Assembly: GCF_009914755.1 (NCBI RefSeq)
Contig: NC_060940.1
Source: the human T2T-CHM13v2.0 reference genome, Homo sapiens
Length of the DNA: 64,000 bases
Strand: one strand, 5' to 3'
In this document: positions 43,095 through 60,883 of the stretch, in pieces
Layout: each line of letters opens with the position of its first letter
How positions within the stretch are numbered: position 1 is the first letter of the stretch
Notes under the pieces: generated by a model
Seen by the model: only the letters and a program-made list of their open reading frames with translations
The model's database searches: none
What the model was told of the DNA's origin: nothing
Translations under genes and position numbers: made by a program

Positions 43095-43920
43095 TTATTT
43101 CTTTGGCAGATCCCTCTGGCTGCAGTGTGGAATATGTGAGGGAAAGATATGCTGCCGGGTAGGGAAGCCATGGAGGAGAATCTGAAGAGTCCCCAAAACA
43201 CGAGATCCAAGTGAGATGGAGGACAGCCCACACTAAATAGTGGGTAGGTAGAGCAGGGCACAGAGAGCCACTGCAAAGGAGAAAGGAACAGGACTCGGTG
43301 ACTTGGGGGTGGACAGGAAGTGAGGGGGAGGAGCTGAGGATGACCACCAGGTTTCTGCCTTGAGGGACTGGCTGGACAATGTGTGTTTTTCCTCACCAAA
43401 AGAGAAACACTGGGAGGATATGAAGGTACAATGAGGTCAGCTCTGGAAATGCTGGGTGAAGGGACCTGTTGAACATTCAGGTGGAGATATCCAGTTCCCT
43501 TTTTTCTAGATGGTTCTGAAGCACAGAAAAGACATCTGGTCCAGAAACGAAGAGCCTGCTGTGAGGACCAGCAGCAAACACGGATCTGGGGGAGTTCATG
43601 CAGAAGCAGACCCTGCAGAGAAGACGGAGGCTGAGGATGGAGGCCCTGGGACACAGCGGAAGGAGAACCAGGGCAGGGGACAGGATAGGAGTCCCCAGGG
43701 AGGGCAGGGAAGAAGCCAGGAGCGAGGTGCGGGTGAAGCATGGATGAGGGACTGGCTGATGATGCAAACTGGGCCCCGGGCACAGGGACGTCAGGGACAG
43801 GAAAGTGGGAGGAGAGGGTCCTGGGAAGCCAAGACGCAGAGCGTGGATGACAGAGGAAGACGCAAAGCCCCAGAAGGAAGGGGAGGGCTGAGAAAAGCCT
43901 GACCATGAGGAGCAGCCAAG
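43095..43920 (-). mobile_element. L2 remnant
   Basis: Purine-rich degenerate L2 motifs (gatccctctggctgcagtgtgga, aggatgaccaccaggtttctgccttgag, gaacattcaggtggagatatcca). Confidence 0.55.
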
Positions 43921-45016
43921 AAGAAACAGGCAGCAGATGGAGGGAGGTGAAAGGTGCATGGCACAGAGGGGAGGCTGGCAAGGCAGCGCCCAGGACAGCG
44001 GCACAGGTGGCGGGGCCTTGGACAGAGGGTGGGGTCCAGGCAGGTGGGTGGTGACGGCAACCATGACCACGGGTCAACCTGGGCCTCAGACACTGGGGAA
44101 AGGTGGCCATGTCCAGTTTTCTCAGGAAATTAGGAGGCAGGTCATCCAAGGAGAGAGGGTGGGTGTCTGGGGTAGGGTGAAGTAGGTTTCAGAAAAGTGA
44201 AAGTCTGGCAAAAGCACTCAGGAAAACGGGACAGAAAACTAAGCCAAGCGCTGGACGGCAGCATTCATTCAGCCCAGCTGAGCTTGGAGGCCATGAAATG
44301 CTGGCAGCCCCACACTGCACGACTGCAGGGTCTTTCTGGGCCACGCCCCGAATCCCAGGTATGGAAGTGAAGGACCCAAAAAGAGGAATGAATCAGGCTA
44401 TTATTCCGCAGAACAGGTGAAAGAAAAAGGCCAGGTAGACAGAGCCTTGGAAGTCAGTCACCCACATGCCTGACCCCATCAGAGAAGAAAGGGGACCAAG
44501 CCAGGGCGGGAGGGACTGTGTGGGAAAGAGGAGGCTGAAAGGAGGAGAGACCGCGGGCAGAGGTGGACAAGGGACCAAGGTGAAGACCTTTGAGGTGCTT
44601 CTTGAACCACAGTGGCGAATGTCTTTCTGGACAAGAGTGCCAGTGCCCACCGCCATCACAGGACACAGCCCCATCCACACTCCCGGGACAGCAACATCTC
44701 ATTGTCCCAAACTCTGCCAATTTCATCAGTGAAAAGTGGAGCCTGGAAGCTTTGCATTTCTTCAATGACTTCGAATTTTTTAAAGTGGTCTCACAGATTT
44801 CCTGGTCATCGGTATTTCATCTGAGAAGTTTCTGTCTGTGATATCTGCTCATTAGAGCGGAGTTCTTAAAATTACTAGAGAGCTTTATACATTCAGTATA
44901 TTCACCTCTGTAGTGGTTGCTCTCAGTTTTTTCCAATTAGTCATCGTTTTAAATTTAACTTTGATATAATAAAACAGACAGAAGTGTAGTTATTATGTGG
45001 TTAAATCTACAGGTGT

Positions 45017-45017
45017 T

Positions 45018-45048
<31 letters not shown>

Positions 45049-45345
45049 TTTTTTAGAGATGGGGTTTCACTCTGTCACCCAGGCTGGACTGCAGGGGCAC
45101 AATCATGACTCACTGCAGCTCCGGCTCCTGGGCTCTAAGGATTCTTCTATCTCAGCCTCCTGAAATAGCTGGGACTACAGGGGTGTGCCACCTCACCCAG
45201 CTAATTTTTCCAAAATTCCTTTTACAGACACGGGCCTCACTATGTTAATCAGGCTGGGCTCAAACTCCTGGCCTCAAATGACCCTCCTGCCTCGCCTCCC
45301 TAACAACTGGGATACAGGTGGGAGTCGCATGTCCCACCTACAGGC
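45017..45345 (-). mobile_element. Alu (AluJ-like) with (TTTA)n tail
   Basis: Antisense Alu. Confidence 0.88.
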
Positions 45346-47421
45346 TATCTTTTATTGTTCTTTCTCCACATTTTTATGCCAAAGCATGCAGTACTTTCCA
45401 CAATAAGCTATATTTTCTTGTATTTATTTTGTGGTTTTATTTTTTACATGAAAGCTTTAACCCATTTGGAATGTATTTTGGCATAGAGCAGTGAAGTGAA
45501 GGCTAACCTGGCTATTTTCCCCAGTGCTGACCTGCTGTGTCACACTGTATGTCCTCACTGTCTCATGACGCCTCCCTAGCACACACCACCTTCTTAAACA
45601 CAGCAGAGCTTGCTCCTGGTGGTATCAGGAGCCGTTTCTCACGTATAGGAACACAGCAGAGTGGCTGATTGGACCAAGGTCACAGACACAGCGAGTAAAC
45701 AGTACAGACAGGATCTCAAGCCCTCAGACTCAAGTCCAATACACTTTTTACTACAATGCAACTGCCCCAAAGCAGTTTTACGTTGATTAAGCCCTTATCT
45801 AAAAGTTTTGAAAACTGAATTAACTAATCGCCAAGAAAGCCAATTCTTGAGGGAAAGTAATTTGATGATCATCAAATCCCATGACAGAACACATTTCTGC
45901 TTTGTGGGGGAAAGGCTCCCATCTAGAAAAAGCATGTATTTTGGACACAGGCAGAACAACACACACAGACGCACGAGGTGCACATCTGCAAATAACATTT
46001 CTCTAGAGAGCAGCTCCCAGCATGGGAACTGTAACTAAGCATTGCTTGGACAACTGGCAGGCTTTCTTGAGCTGCCGACCATGTGGACGGCTTTTCTTGA
46101 ATCTTGGGGTTTTTGTCCATGCGCTTGAGGATGTCTGTGAAGTCCATAAGATTATAGGCAAATCTGTGTGTGGATGATTTTTTCTGGCAACGGGGGGGTT
46201 ATTAAAACCTCTACCTAAATCTACAGGCAGCAAGGTTTCCATTCCTAAAGACTGCCCTGAGATTCAGAGGCTACAATTCAGTCTACTGCCTTGTGACCTG
46301 CTAACCACCTCTTCTTTAGAAGTGACATTAGCATACTGCCACATACGCTCCATTAAAACTCCTCTTACCATTTCTCAACTTTCTCCTCCAATTTGTTCCT
46401 AAATCTAAAGTGCATTGCAATTGTTTTCTCCATATAGTTGGACTACTACAAATTCAGCATTCTGCATTTAAGATCACCTGCCAACCTCATGACACAAAAC
46501 AGACACAGAATAAAGCTCAAATAGCAGACACACTAAAAGTTGTGTGGTTCGAAAATGAGGAGAACGTTGCTTGCAAACTTCCATTGGGAACAATTCATAT
46601 TACAACACTTGTATTTTAGCAGGATTTAAATAGTCCTTATCATGTTCCTGAAATGTCCAATAAAGGTAGAATCATATGCCCTTTACACAATATTCCTATA
46701 AACATTTATACAGCTACACACTATTTTGGAGTCTAACCAATTAAATAAGGGATGAAAAAGAAATCATTGAACTAAATAGCAAAAGCAGAAATAGAAGCAC
46801 AACACTGATAATATTATGTACCTAAAATAACAAAAATGATCAGTTGCATAGTTTAGTAAATAGGCACTATTCTCAATTTAAAAAACAAAAAAAAATACCT
46901 GGGAAGCATATAAAAGATTGTACACACAAAGTCATGTGCAATGCTCATCTTGTAGATATCAATTCTCAAAGTTTAGTTCACAGATTTATTAGGCCATAAA
47001 AACCTGGGTTTTATTTATTTTTGAACCTTTAGAGCCTAGCCCACAACAGGGACCCAATAAACATCATTTGAATAAATGAGTCCCAACTCAATCAAAATCC
47101 TAAATAATTTTTTCTAGAAACTAGAGAAGATGAGATGCCAAAACTCGCCTTTATACAAAAGTAAGAGAGATACTGAAAAAAGAATATTTATTATTATTTT
47201 TTAATGAGACAGGGTCTCTTGCTGGAGTGCAGTGGCAGGACCACAGCTCACTGCAGCCTTGAACTCCTGGCCTCAAGCGATCCTCCGGCCTCAGCTTTCC
47301 AAAGTGCTGGGATTACAGGCGTGAGCCACAAACCCAGCCTGAAAAAGAGTATTTGTAAGAGACCAGCTCTACCCAATTTAAAACATATTACAGATCAACA
47401 GTTATTAAACCATACTGATGC

Positions 47422-47853
<432 letters not shown>

Positions 47854-48367
47854 TTACTGTTCCCTATGTAAATAACATCTACATCAACCCTAACCTGAAG
47901 CTCCTCACCTCTTCCCTTGCTCTTTTCTTCAGCCCAAACATGGTGTTCAATGTTCTTCCCAGTCACCGCCCAAGGCTGCTGTCTTAGCCCTGCCGTCATC
48001 ACCTCTCTGAGCCTACTGCAGTAGCTTCCTATCTGGGTTCCCTTTCCCTTCCTCCCTGGTCCTGACTCCATCGGCTGCCAGCTGACTTCCCACAGCACCA
48101 ACTTTCTCAACCTTTTGCCGAAAAGAGTTCCCCAAGTTCTACCACAGTAGCCCTCAAACCATCATTCCCCCCTAAAACTGGAACAGAAGCTTTTCTAACG
48201 ATGGACTTCCACAGATGACGACAGAAGCCAATCAACATCGCCTGGCTCTCAAAAGTTGGTGCTCCAGGCCATGGATGGCCTGTATTTTAGTCCTGCTATG
48301 TTGGGGTTGTTTGAGGATTATTATGAACCCCAGCAAGTACAAAAATGCAAAAGCAATGGGAGTATTA

Positions 48368-49457
<1,090 letters not shown>

Positions 49458-49762
49458 GCTTTGAAGAACCAACTTACACCTTCTATTGGATGGAAATGCA
49501 ACCAGGGGCTGTGAATTTAAATACTACAAATACTTAACAAATGGATCAGAAAATAGCAATCACTACCCAAGTGATTTGAAAATAGAAGAGCTGGAGAGAG
49601 TTGCTCCCCTGCTAAGAATCACATAATGGTTGCCTTTTTCCCAATTTACAAACAAAAAAAAAATATTAAGTTAAAGGATAAACTCTTCAAGTGTTAGGTT
49701 TCCCCTAGGACTATCTCTACCCTTGGAATTCTCTATCACCTGCCAGTTATTAAGATCACTCA

Positions 49763-49899
<137 letters not shown>

Positions 49900-50539
49900 A
49901 ATGATTGCTCACGTTACATGCCCAGCGGAGTCCTCACTGAACCCCCAGGCACATCTCAGAGACTCCCCTGCTTTGTGCCTGTGCCCACACTCCCTCCATC
50001 CAAGCACTCACTGTATCTGGTGAAGTAGAAACACTTCGGTGTATTTCCCCAAAGTACCGCTGGCCATGGTTTCAAATGGTCACTCCAGCCCAGGCATGTG
50101 AAAGTATCCAATGACCACGTGATATCCAAGCTGCTTGATTTATACATATTCACACTGACAGGTAACAGCTGATGGGTGCTTTTAATAATTTCTGTACATT
50201 TATTTAAGATTTATATTCATTTGAGCACCTGTTTACTTGGTCTGTGATTTCTAATTTAAACTCTTTAAGAAGTATAAATTTGGCCAAACCATGTGGAAGA
50301 ACACTGAGTAACTACAGAAGAAATGCTAATGAAACATTAAAGGAGAGATCAAATTGACTACTAAACCAAAAGGTATCTCTGATAAGGAAGACGTCCAAAA
50401 AGAAGAGCTGTGGGAAAGGAGAGGAAGAGAGAAACATCTTGGGATAATCAAAAGGAAGTAGCCAATGCAAATAATCAATAAGCTGTAATTAACACAGAGG
50501 AAACACAGTCTCACAAGATGCATGGCTGAAATGAACTGA

Positions 50540-50838
<299 letters not shown>

Positions 50839-51792
50839 GAATATTGTTTTTATATCAAACATGCCTATTATTTTATTTGCTATAAATAATAGGCTCTACC
50901 TATTTAAAAGACAGTTTCTTATAGAAATCTTAGATTTTTTATAGAATCAGCTTTATCTTCTGAAACTTGTATTAAATCTGTACCTAGTCATGAATGTGCA
51001 AGGTTTCATCACTGTATCTGTTGAGGAACATATCTATGAACAAGAATGCTAACTTGTTTATATTAAAGTACATAAATACATCAAAGAATGGCATTAAGAT
51101 TTCATTAACAGCACCTAAGATCTGCTAGAATAGATAAAACTGGTTACATTCAGATTATCTGTTTGTAGCTCTGTCTCCACATTCAAGTCCCCAGGGATCA
51201 ATTATATTTTTAACCCCAGCCCCTATCATTTGACAGGTTCTCAAGAGACATTTGTTGAACTAAATTGGTAACTGAGCAATGAAACTGATAACTAAACGTT
51301 AATTCCATGACAAACAAATGACACATACAGAGAAAACTCATATAAAGAAATACAAATGTAAGAACACATTCATTTTGAACTTAGTGGAAAAAATTTAAAT
51401 AGATAACAAATTTTTTAAGGACAATATCTAATGCAACTAAGGTGATGGTGAAATGTGATATTCATCATGTCATGCATAATGACACACATTATTGCGCAAC
51501 ATCACTTTCTGCACTACAAACTAAATGACGGCATTATCATCTTAGGAGACAACCTGGCAATACTGTCATGATATAAACATTAATTTCCTATAAATCTAGT
51601 GATTCTAACCTCTAGAGAATTCATCATGAAAAAGTAATTTAGAGGTGAGCAGCTATAATCATTAAAATGGTGACCGACCATGTCAAACAGAAGGTTGGGG
51701 AATTGTAGATACAATCCAGCTCAAGCCAGCTCAAGGCAGCAAAGCCAACTGGAAGACAAATTTGACTCCAAGTGAAAAATAATGAGCACCTA

Positions 51793-52172
<380 letters not shown>

Positions 52173-52207
52173 CTAGGGAGGGTGTGAGGGCATTTAATGC
52201 CCTAGGG

Positions 52208-52391
52208 CAGGGGTCACATGCTTCTTATGAAGTGCCAGAGGATAAATACCATAGGCGTTGCAGGCCATATGGGTCACTGTTGCAACTATTCAACCCTGCC
52301 ACTGTAGTGAGTGGCTGTGTTCCAGTAAACTTTTTCACAAAGCAAGCGGTGGGCTGGATTTACCCTGCAGGCCAAAGTCTCGTGACTCACA
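52208..52391. mobile_element. MER58A-like element
   Basis: caggggtca...ggccatatgggtcactgttgcaactattcaaccctgccactgtag...ggctgtgttccagtaaac. Confidence 0.65.
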
Positions 52392-52990
52392 GACTAGAAG
52401 ATAGAGGGAAATGAAGCCAATTTGAGGAAGAAGTTCATGGGTTCAATTTTATCAGGCCATGTCAGCAGAGATTTTTCAAGAGAGAGATGATAGCATCATT
52501 CTAGGGATAAAGAGACCCCAGGGCTGGAGGCATAAAACTGTCACCATGAGGTGATAGTTATGGGGCTGAGATCACCCAGGGGAACGGTCTGAGAAGAAAG
52601 GAGATCGAGGACATTTCTCTGTCGCAATATAACAGTGAATACCCAATGTTACTTCAGATCACTATGGCCCTGGAAAGGAATGAACATTACAATCTAACCT
52701 CTTTTAACTCCTACTTTTTAAAAAGAGGGCTCCTATTTTTGAAGTGGGGCTTTCAGTCCCTTTTCCAAGATAAATAAGTTTAAAGTTTCAAATTTACAGA
52801 TGAAAATTTCCTAATGGCTAGAAAATAAGGCAATGCTAAAATAAAGTGCTTATCAACTTCTTTAGATTTTTATTATGAAATATTTTATGTGCAAAGAACA
52901 TATAGTGTGTATGTAAAGCATAATGAATAACAATAAAGCAAATGCACCCATCCATATCTCAAGAAAGTAGTTCATTACGAATGCCACTGA

Positions 52991-53287
<297 letters not shown>

Positions 53288-53349
53288 CACTGACAACTTT
53301 TCATACCACAAGCATTAGTCTCTAAACTACAAATGAAAGCAGGCAGCCC

Positions 53350-53665
53350 ACAGCCAGATAATGCTTTCAGATGTTTTCTTTGGCCAACAGTGGGTTTTTT
53401 TCTTTTTAGTTGCCAACATTTAAATATCAAGAAACTTCACATGAAAATCAGCATTCTGGAGTATCATCAAAAATGGAAGATGTAGCTTCACTACTCCCAC
53501 GTTCACCATGGCAACAAGTGGCTAGAACTGAAGAGCAGCTCTCCCCTTTGAATGAACATGTATTCACCAGTTCACTGCAGTCCCCCCATTCCCTACTGTC
53601 CTATACCCGCCTCCCATTTCACTTATTTATTTTACCCAACCTGGCACTTCGGTTTGTGACCCCTG
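53350..53665. mobile_element. Old hAT-family DNA transposon remnant (MER102-like)
   Basis: ttcacatgaaaatcagcattctgg...aaaatggaagatgtagc motif and tttgtgacccctg terminus. Confidence 0.45.
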
Positions 53666-53764
53666 CTTATGTGATTGTGGTTTCCAACCTTTGGGAATAT
53701 GGGAAATATTATTTACAGTAAAAAAATTTAACAGACTCTCAATAGGTATATAACTAAAAGTAAG

Positions 53765-54086
53765 ACAAGTCCACAATCCCTATCACCATTTTGTAATCCA
53801 AAAAGTTCTAAAAAACAAATCTTTTTTTGTAACTTATTTGGCAATAAAAGTTGACCTGAACTGATATTAAACTATGCATAATCTTCATGCATATCCATTC
53901 AGTGGGAATATATGTATATATATTTTGCTATACTAATGTTTGATTATGGGATTTTGTCCCAGACCCCACTGGAAGTATTACATAACAACAATATATGCAT
54001 ATTATTACTTTTAGAAAAATCTGAAAAATTCTGAATTCTAAAACTTATCTGGCCCAATGATTCCAGATAAGGGACTGTGGGCCTAT
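53765..54086. mobile_element. TcMar-Tigger MITE (MER46C-like)
   Basis: Imperfect TIRs caagtccacaatccctatc / gataagggactgtgggcct. Confidence 0.55.
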
Positions 54087-54692
54087 TACACTTTTAATCC
54101 CTACCTTTAAGAAAATACAAACACAGCGAACAGATGAGAGTTTAACATTTTTACATGGATTTGTACTTCACTAGTTACTACAGCATCTACCTACACTTGA
54201 GAAACTGAAATAGAATGATAAAGGTGAAACATCCTGTGGTCTGACAAAAATGCACGGTGCACGTACTGACTGCAGCGCCCTAGGCCATAATCAAACTTGG
54301 AAGGTTTTGCCTCGTCCACTCTGCTACAAAGGCAATTCCATAATAGCGTAACATGCCGCTTACACATATAAAAATGATGCTAAATGAACATATCCTTTTA
54401 TGGTTCAAATTTACAGATGAAAATTTTCTACTGGTTCATCATTTTTATGGTTTTAGAGTTCATTTCTTCCCCCCAGTAAAGAATGGATTTTCACTCAACT
54501 ATAAATACTTCTGGATTTCTTAACATGTAAACTACATAATAAGGCCATAAAAGATGAGATTGAGAAGCTGCTGCAACGACAAGAGGACCTCTTTCCACCC
54601 TGCTCTATGGAGAGGTTGATGGAATCCACTCAGATTGAAGCAAAGCACACATTACCTATCCCTTCTCAGAAATACTGTTCAGAGTTCCCCTA

Positions 54693-55002
<310 letters not shown>

Positions 55003-55319
55003 GGGTGGGGGGAAGGAAAGGTAGAGTGAAGATCAGTGGGAGGAAAAGGACACAGTGGAGTGGGTGAGGGATGCAGAATGTTACTGCTGGCAACGTAAGG
55101 ATAAGGTTTGTGATCATCAAATACAGGCAGGGCTGACTCAGGGAAGAGAGATGAGATTCATTCAATTCGGCAGCAGGGGACTGTTCTGGGATCAGTAGGT
55201 AGAGACACATTTTGACTCAGTGTGAGAATTCACATTGCTGGTAGTGGATCCAACTACCTAGTGAGTGGTCCATTCTACATACCTCCTAGGAGTGGAAGAC
55301 TCCTAGAGGTCATTAGATC

Positions 55320-55555
55320 TCTGTGATCAGAATTTATAGCTGCTGCAGAATCAGAAACCTGGGTTTGGGTCCACGGCTCTGTCTCTTGCGAGCTTGATGA
55401 CCTCTTTGATCTCTGGCTTCCTCATCATTAAATCAGAAATAAGTAACATCACCTCAGAGGGTGGCTATGAGAATGCAATGAAATAAAAGTATGCAAAGCA
55501 CCAAGCCCAGCAGCTTCATAAGCACAGAAGATGTTTAATAAACATTAATAAACAC
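55320..55555 (+). mobile_element. MIR
   Basis: cagaaacctgggtttgggtcc...ttcctcatcattaaa...acctcagagggtggctatgagaatgcaatga. Confidence 0.6.
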
Positions 55556-55662
55556 TAATCCTTCCCTGGTGAAGAGGCAGCCCAGTTCCTGTACTCAAAA
55601 GCACTTGGGAACCACAGGAAGAGGCCCTGGACCCAAGCCATGCCTCAGCCACTACTCAGTAA

Positions 55663-56001
<339 letters not shown>

Positions 56002-56759
56002 GGTTTCCATCTTTGTCAGAGAGAAGTTATCATTGTCAGGAGACGAAATCCAAGCCAGGTGGTTTAGTACAGCACTTTGTAAACTAAACCACCATAGAAA
56101 TGTTATAGACTGTTACTATCAGACCTTTTCAAGATTTTAGTAAAGAAAGGATGAGCTGTTTTTCAACAAATCCAAAGAACTGAAAACATCAGGGTAAGGT
56201 ACAGGGGAATAAATGAAAAAGAGGGACTGTCAATTTCTGAGTCCTTCTAGACAAGCAGTTGGGTGATCCACAGAAATATTTTGTTCAGCTGCATATAGTG
56301 TCCCCGTAGTTTAATTTGGATTAAACGCCAGCTAGTTAAAATGCAGATTTCAGGAAAACTCCACAGGTGGTCCACACTGGGCCTACATTACCACAGCAGC
56401 CCCTTTGGTGGGACACAGTCCTCCAGGTCCCCTGAGGCCTTCACATGGCCCAAAGCACTGATTCATTTTACTGGCCTCGCCCTCTAGGCATTTGGGTTTA
56501 CAACCTTGGGTTCTCAAAAAACAACTATCTGTGAAAGCATTCAGACCTCCAAGGGAAACTTCAGTCAGGGAAGAAATCAACACCCAAGGAGACACTCCCT
56601 ATCAGAGCCTCGGTACTATGCTCTCCTAGTTGTCTCTCAAATTTTTTTTCTCCTTGATACTTCTGTAACTTCAAGGTCTTCATCCCAGTGTACTCCTTCC
56701 TCTACTCAAGACATCATCTCCCCAAAAACACCATTGGTGATGATCTGCATCTAAGGGTT

Positions 56760-57472
<713 letters not shown>

Positions 57473-58962
57473 AAGAGATATTTGAAATAAGGGCTTGAAA
57501 ATGAAGGCAGAGAAAGGTGCTCAGATTTTCTCCTCTGGGAAGCTTTTGTTACCTCCCTCAATCCAATGACAGCTGGGTTTTGCTCTGTGCATTAGCCATC
57601 CCTCTTAAGCACTTATCTCATGTATATAATTATTTTTTGCCTGCCTACCTCTTCCACGTATCTCCTGAGCTCCCTCAGGGCAGAAACCATGCCCGTATTC
57701 ACCTTTGATTCTTTAATACCCTGGATAACAGGACACAGTGTAGGCTCAACAAGTGTCTGTTGAATGCATGAATCAACAAAAGGCAGGTGGACTAAAAGAA
57801 CCATCCTACTTCTCTTCTTTGGGACACTCACACCATGAGACCACCTCATAAGCCTTGCCCCTGTGAGTTTCAGGCCGTCTTCTCAAATAGACTTACCCAC
57901 CCATCGTAAACAAACTGCATCATGCGAACTCATTCCTTCCAGGCATTACTAATTCTCTACAAGTCCCTCCCCTGGAACCTTACAGTGAAAGTACTCAAAG
58001 GTCTCCCTTCTGAGGAGAATATCTCACTGCAAGACACCACCTAGAATTCCACAAATTGATAAACCAAAACACGATGGGCATGACATTCACATATATAACT
58101 TCCTTCTCCACCTAGATCGCAGGGGCGAAAACAAAAAAACCCTTTGCTTTGTAGCCTTCATCTTGACCTAAAAACACCCAGAATCCTGATTCTGGGGCCA
58201 ACCAACCACCTACTTCCAAGCAGTAACAATTCTAGGCACTCTCCAGCCTCCGTTTATCTTCCTTAGTCCTTTCTGATTACTTAAGCAGAAAACACATACA
58301 CACACACATCTAGGAAATCAACAGCAAGGAAGCAACAGGTTTCCCAGTTAAAAACAGATGTTCTGACTTTGGGTGCATAATTGCCACACCCTTAATAGTT
58401 CTGTAATAGCTTCAGCTTCCACTGGCATCTAGCAATAAAGATTTTTAAAGACAGTCAAAGGTCAGGCCCAGAATTACAGCTCCAGCATGAATCACCATCT
58501 ACTCTATCCACTTCATGTTTTCCCATACTCGGGCCCACACCACCAAGGCGATCTAGTAAGAACTCAAATACCAGAATTAACAATGTCTACTGCACCCTGG
58601 CCATGGGGTAGGAACCACAGCAGACCCTGGGAATCAAAGGAGACACAGCAAGGACTCTCAAGGTATTTATCTGATGGAGAACACACACAAGAGGCAGTCA
58701 CAGCACAGAAAAGCAAGTGCTACACAGGATTACAAGAACGCCCAGGAGAGGCATCCAATCTATGCTGTAGCATCATAGAAGGCCTTTCAGAGGCAGAGGG
58801 ACCTTTCCCAGAAGGCTGAAGAATGAGCAAGAGGTGCCTGGAGAAAAGGTGTGGTGGGAGAGGCTTCCAGGAGTTCCAAGTAGATGCTAGCAGGTAAGAA
58901 AGCAAGACCTCCTGTGGAAACTGAAGGTAGGCAAGCATGGCCGGAATTTTAAAATGTGAAGG

Positions 58963-59257
58963 TGCCAGGCAAGGTGGCTCACGCTTGTAGTCCCAGAACT
59001 TTGGGAGGCCAAGGCAGGCAGATCAGTTGAGGCCAGGAGTTCGAGACCACCCTAGGCAACATGGCAAATCCCCACTCTACAAAAAATACAAAAATTAGCG
59101 GATGTGGTGGTGCCCACCTGTAGTTCCAACCACATAGGTGGCTGAGGCGAGAGGGTCGCTTGAGCCCAGGGAAGTCAAGGCTGCAATGAGACAAGATCGC
59201 ACCACTGCACCCCAGCTTGGGTGACAAAGGGAGACCCTGTCTCAAAAAAAAAAAAAA
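58963..59257 (+). mobile_element. Alu (AluJ-like)
   Basis: TSD-like tgtgaagg. Confidence 0.92.
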
Positions 59258-60830
59258 GTGTGAAGGGAGAAGCCTCTAAGATGACCCAGGAGTCAAAGAG
59301 ACCCTAAATAGCTTGGTAGATTTAAGTCTCAGAACTTTGTATAAAAAGAGTGAAAGTCCCTTACCTGTCACGAACAATGTAAAAACAAGCCAAACGACTA
59401 TTTGACAAATGTATCTTGGCACTTACTAAATACTAGTTCCACAATGCACGTTGCTCAGAACACTAACAAGGGTACGAAACTCACAAGAAATTATCATGTG
59501 CTTGTAAACTGTTCCTTGAAACATCAGCCGCCATTACCACACGTCTACCTTCCTCTCAGCATTATTTCTTTAATTTTCCTGCAAATAACAGAAAAGTAGG
59601 TTTGTCTGGGCTTTAGGGGCAGCGATTAACCCTGAAAATAAGAGTTAATTCTCACCACAATAATACGGTAGGGAATCGAAAAAATTAAACAAGGAAACTA
59701 AGCAAAAAGATGGAGGAAATGAAACAGTAAAAAGCAAATTTAGAAAACTCGAGAGGAAGTAAAAGTATTTTCATACACTCAAAAAAAAGAAGTGTCCCAC
59801 GTGCTTCAGCCAAACCAAACTCCCCTTAACTGTTAAAAACAGAAAATCAAAAGAAGAGCTGTGAGAAATTCATACTTTCGTATCTCTTTGCTGAATAAAC
59901 ACTAAATCGGTACAGTACAGCCAGCTGCCCTGAAAGACCTTGAAATATTAGCCCCAGATAATACAGCACATGACAGTCACCTCCAGAAACTCTCAAAAAC
60001 CACAAATCATTTCTTGTTCTGACAACCTGATCTACCAACTCTGGTCTAGCCTGCCATTTAATAATCAATAACGTTTCTTGTTAAGCACTTCAACCGTAGC
60101 AAAGGAAGATAAAGAAGCATTTGTTTCCAAACCTAAGGTGAGACTTTTTAAATTGGCGCAAGGCGTCTCCATAATCCTTTTCCGCCAATTCCTAATTTCT
60201 AAATGTCAAGAACTGGCAGCAGCAGTCCAGTTCCTAGGAGCCCTGGTTTTGAGACAGCACCACCTCCGAATTCCCTCAAAGGGCGTTCTGAACTCACTGA
60301 GCAAATCCGGCTGGCTTTCATGTCCCTCTAGCCATTTCTTGCCGCCATGCACTTACAGGAGAAGGACTCGCAAACAGCGGGAGCACCGGGAAAGCCTGGG
60401 ACTGCCGCCCCCCACAGCACAGCGCTCGGCACAGCGTTAGGGACAGAAGTCACCGTTGTTGAGCCCAGGGCAGCGATCCCAGCTGGCTCGGCCCCCGGGA
60501 AGGGAGGAGAAGGACCGGGTCTACTCCCCGAGGGCGATGCTCCCGGGGCAGGGACAATGGGCAGGGGACCCCGCGGTGTGGCGGAGGAGGCGGCGGCCCT
60601 CCCCTGCAGGTCTCGGGGGCCCGGCGGCGCTGAGAGACAGGCGGGCCGCCTGGAGCGCGGCGCTCGGGCCTCAGCGCGGCGCAGCCCCCGGGCCCGTGCC
60701 CCGCTGGTCTCGGGCAGGGGCTGCGGCCCAGCTCAGAGCCGCCGGACCGCGGAGGAGCCGTCCCGCCCCCGCGCCCTCCGCCCTCCGCCCCCAGCCCCGG
60801 TGCGACCCCCGTGCTGCCCGGCGCACTCGC

Positions 60831-60883
60831 CTGCCCACGGTCTGGTTAGCCAGCTGCTTCATGCGGTTGAACTGCTTCTTCAT
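60831..60883 (-). CDS. ARHGAP17: ARHGAP17 coding exon 1 (MKKQFNRMKQLANQTVG-R), 53 nt
   Basis: ATG at 60883 in GCCGCCACCGCCGCCATG context. Peptide matches the RICH1/ARHGAP17 N-terminus. Ends AG|GCGAGT (GC donor), phase 2, joining exon 2 in frame. Confidence 0.97.

Noticed and set aside
43040-44149. Longest ORF in the track (369 aa, minus strand)
   Set aside because: Low-complexity P/S/L-rich translation of a pyrimidine-rich L2 remnant running into the VNTR; no recognisable domain
60671-60883. 70-aa ORF as a complete small protein
   Set aside because: It is exon 1 reading through the GC donor into intron 1
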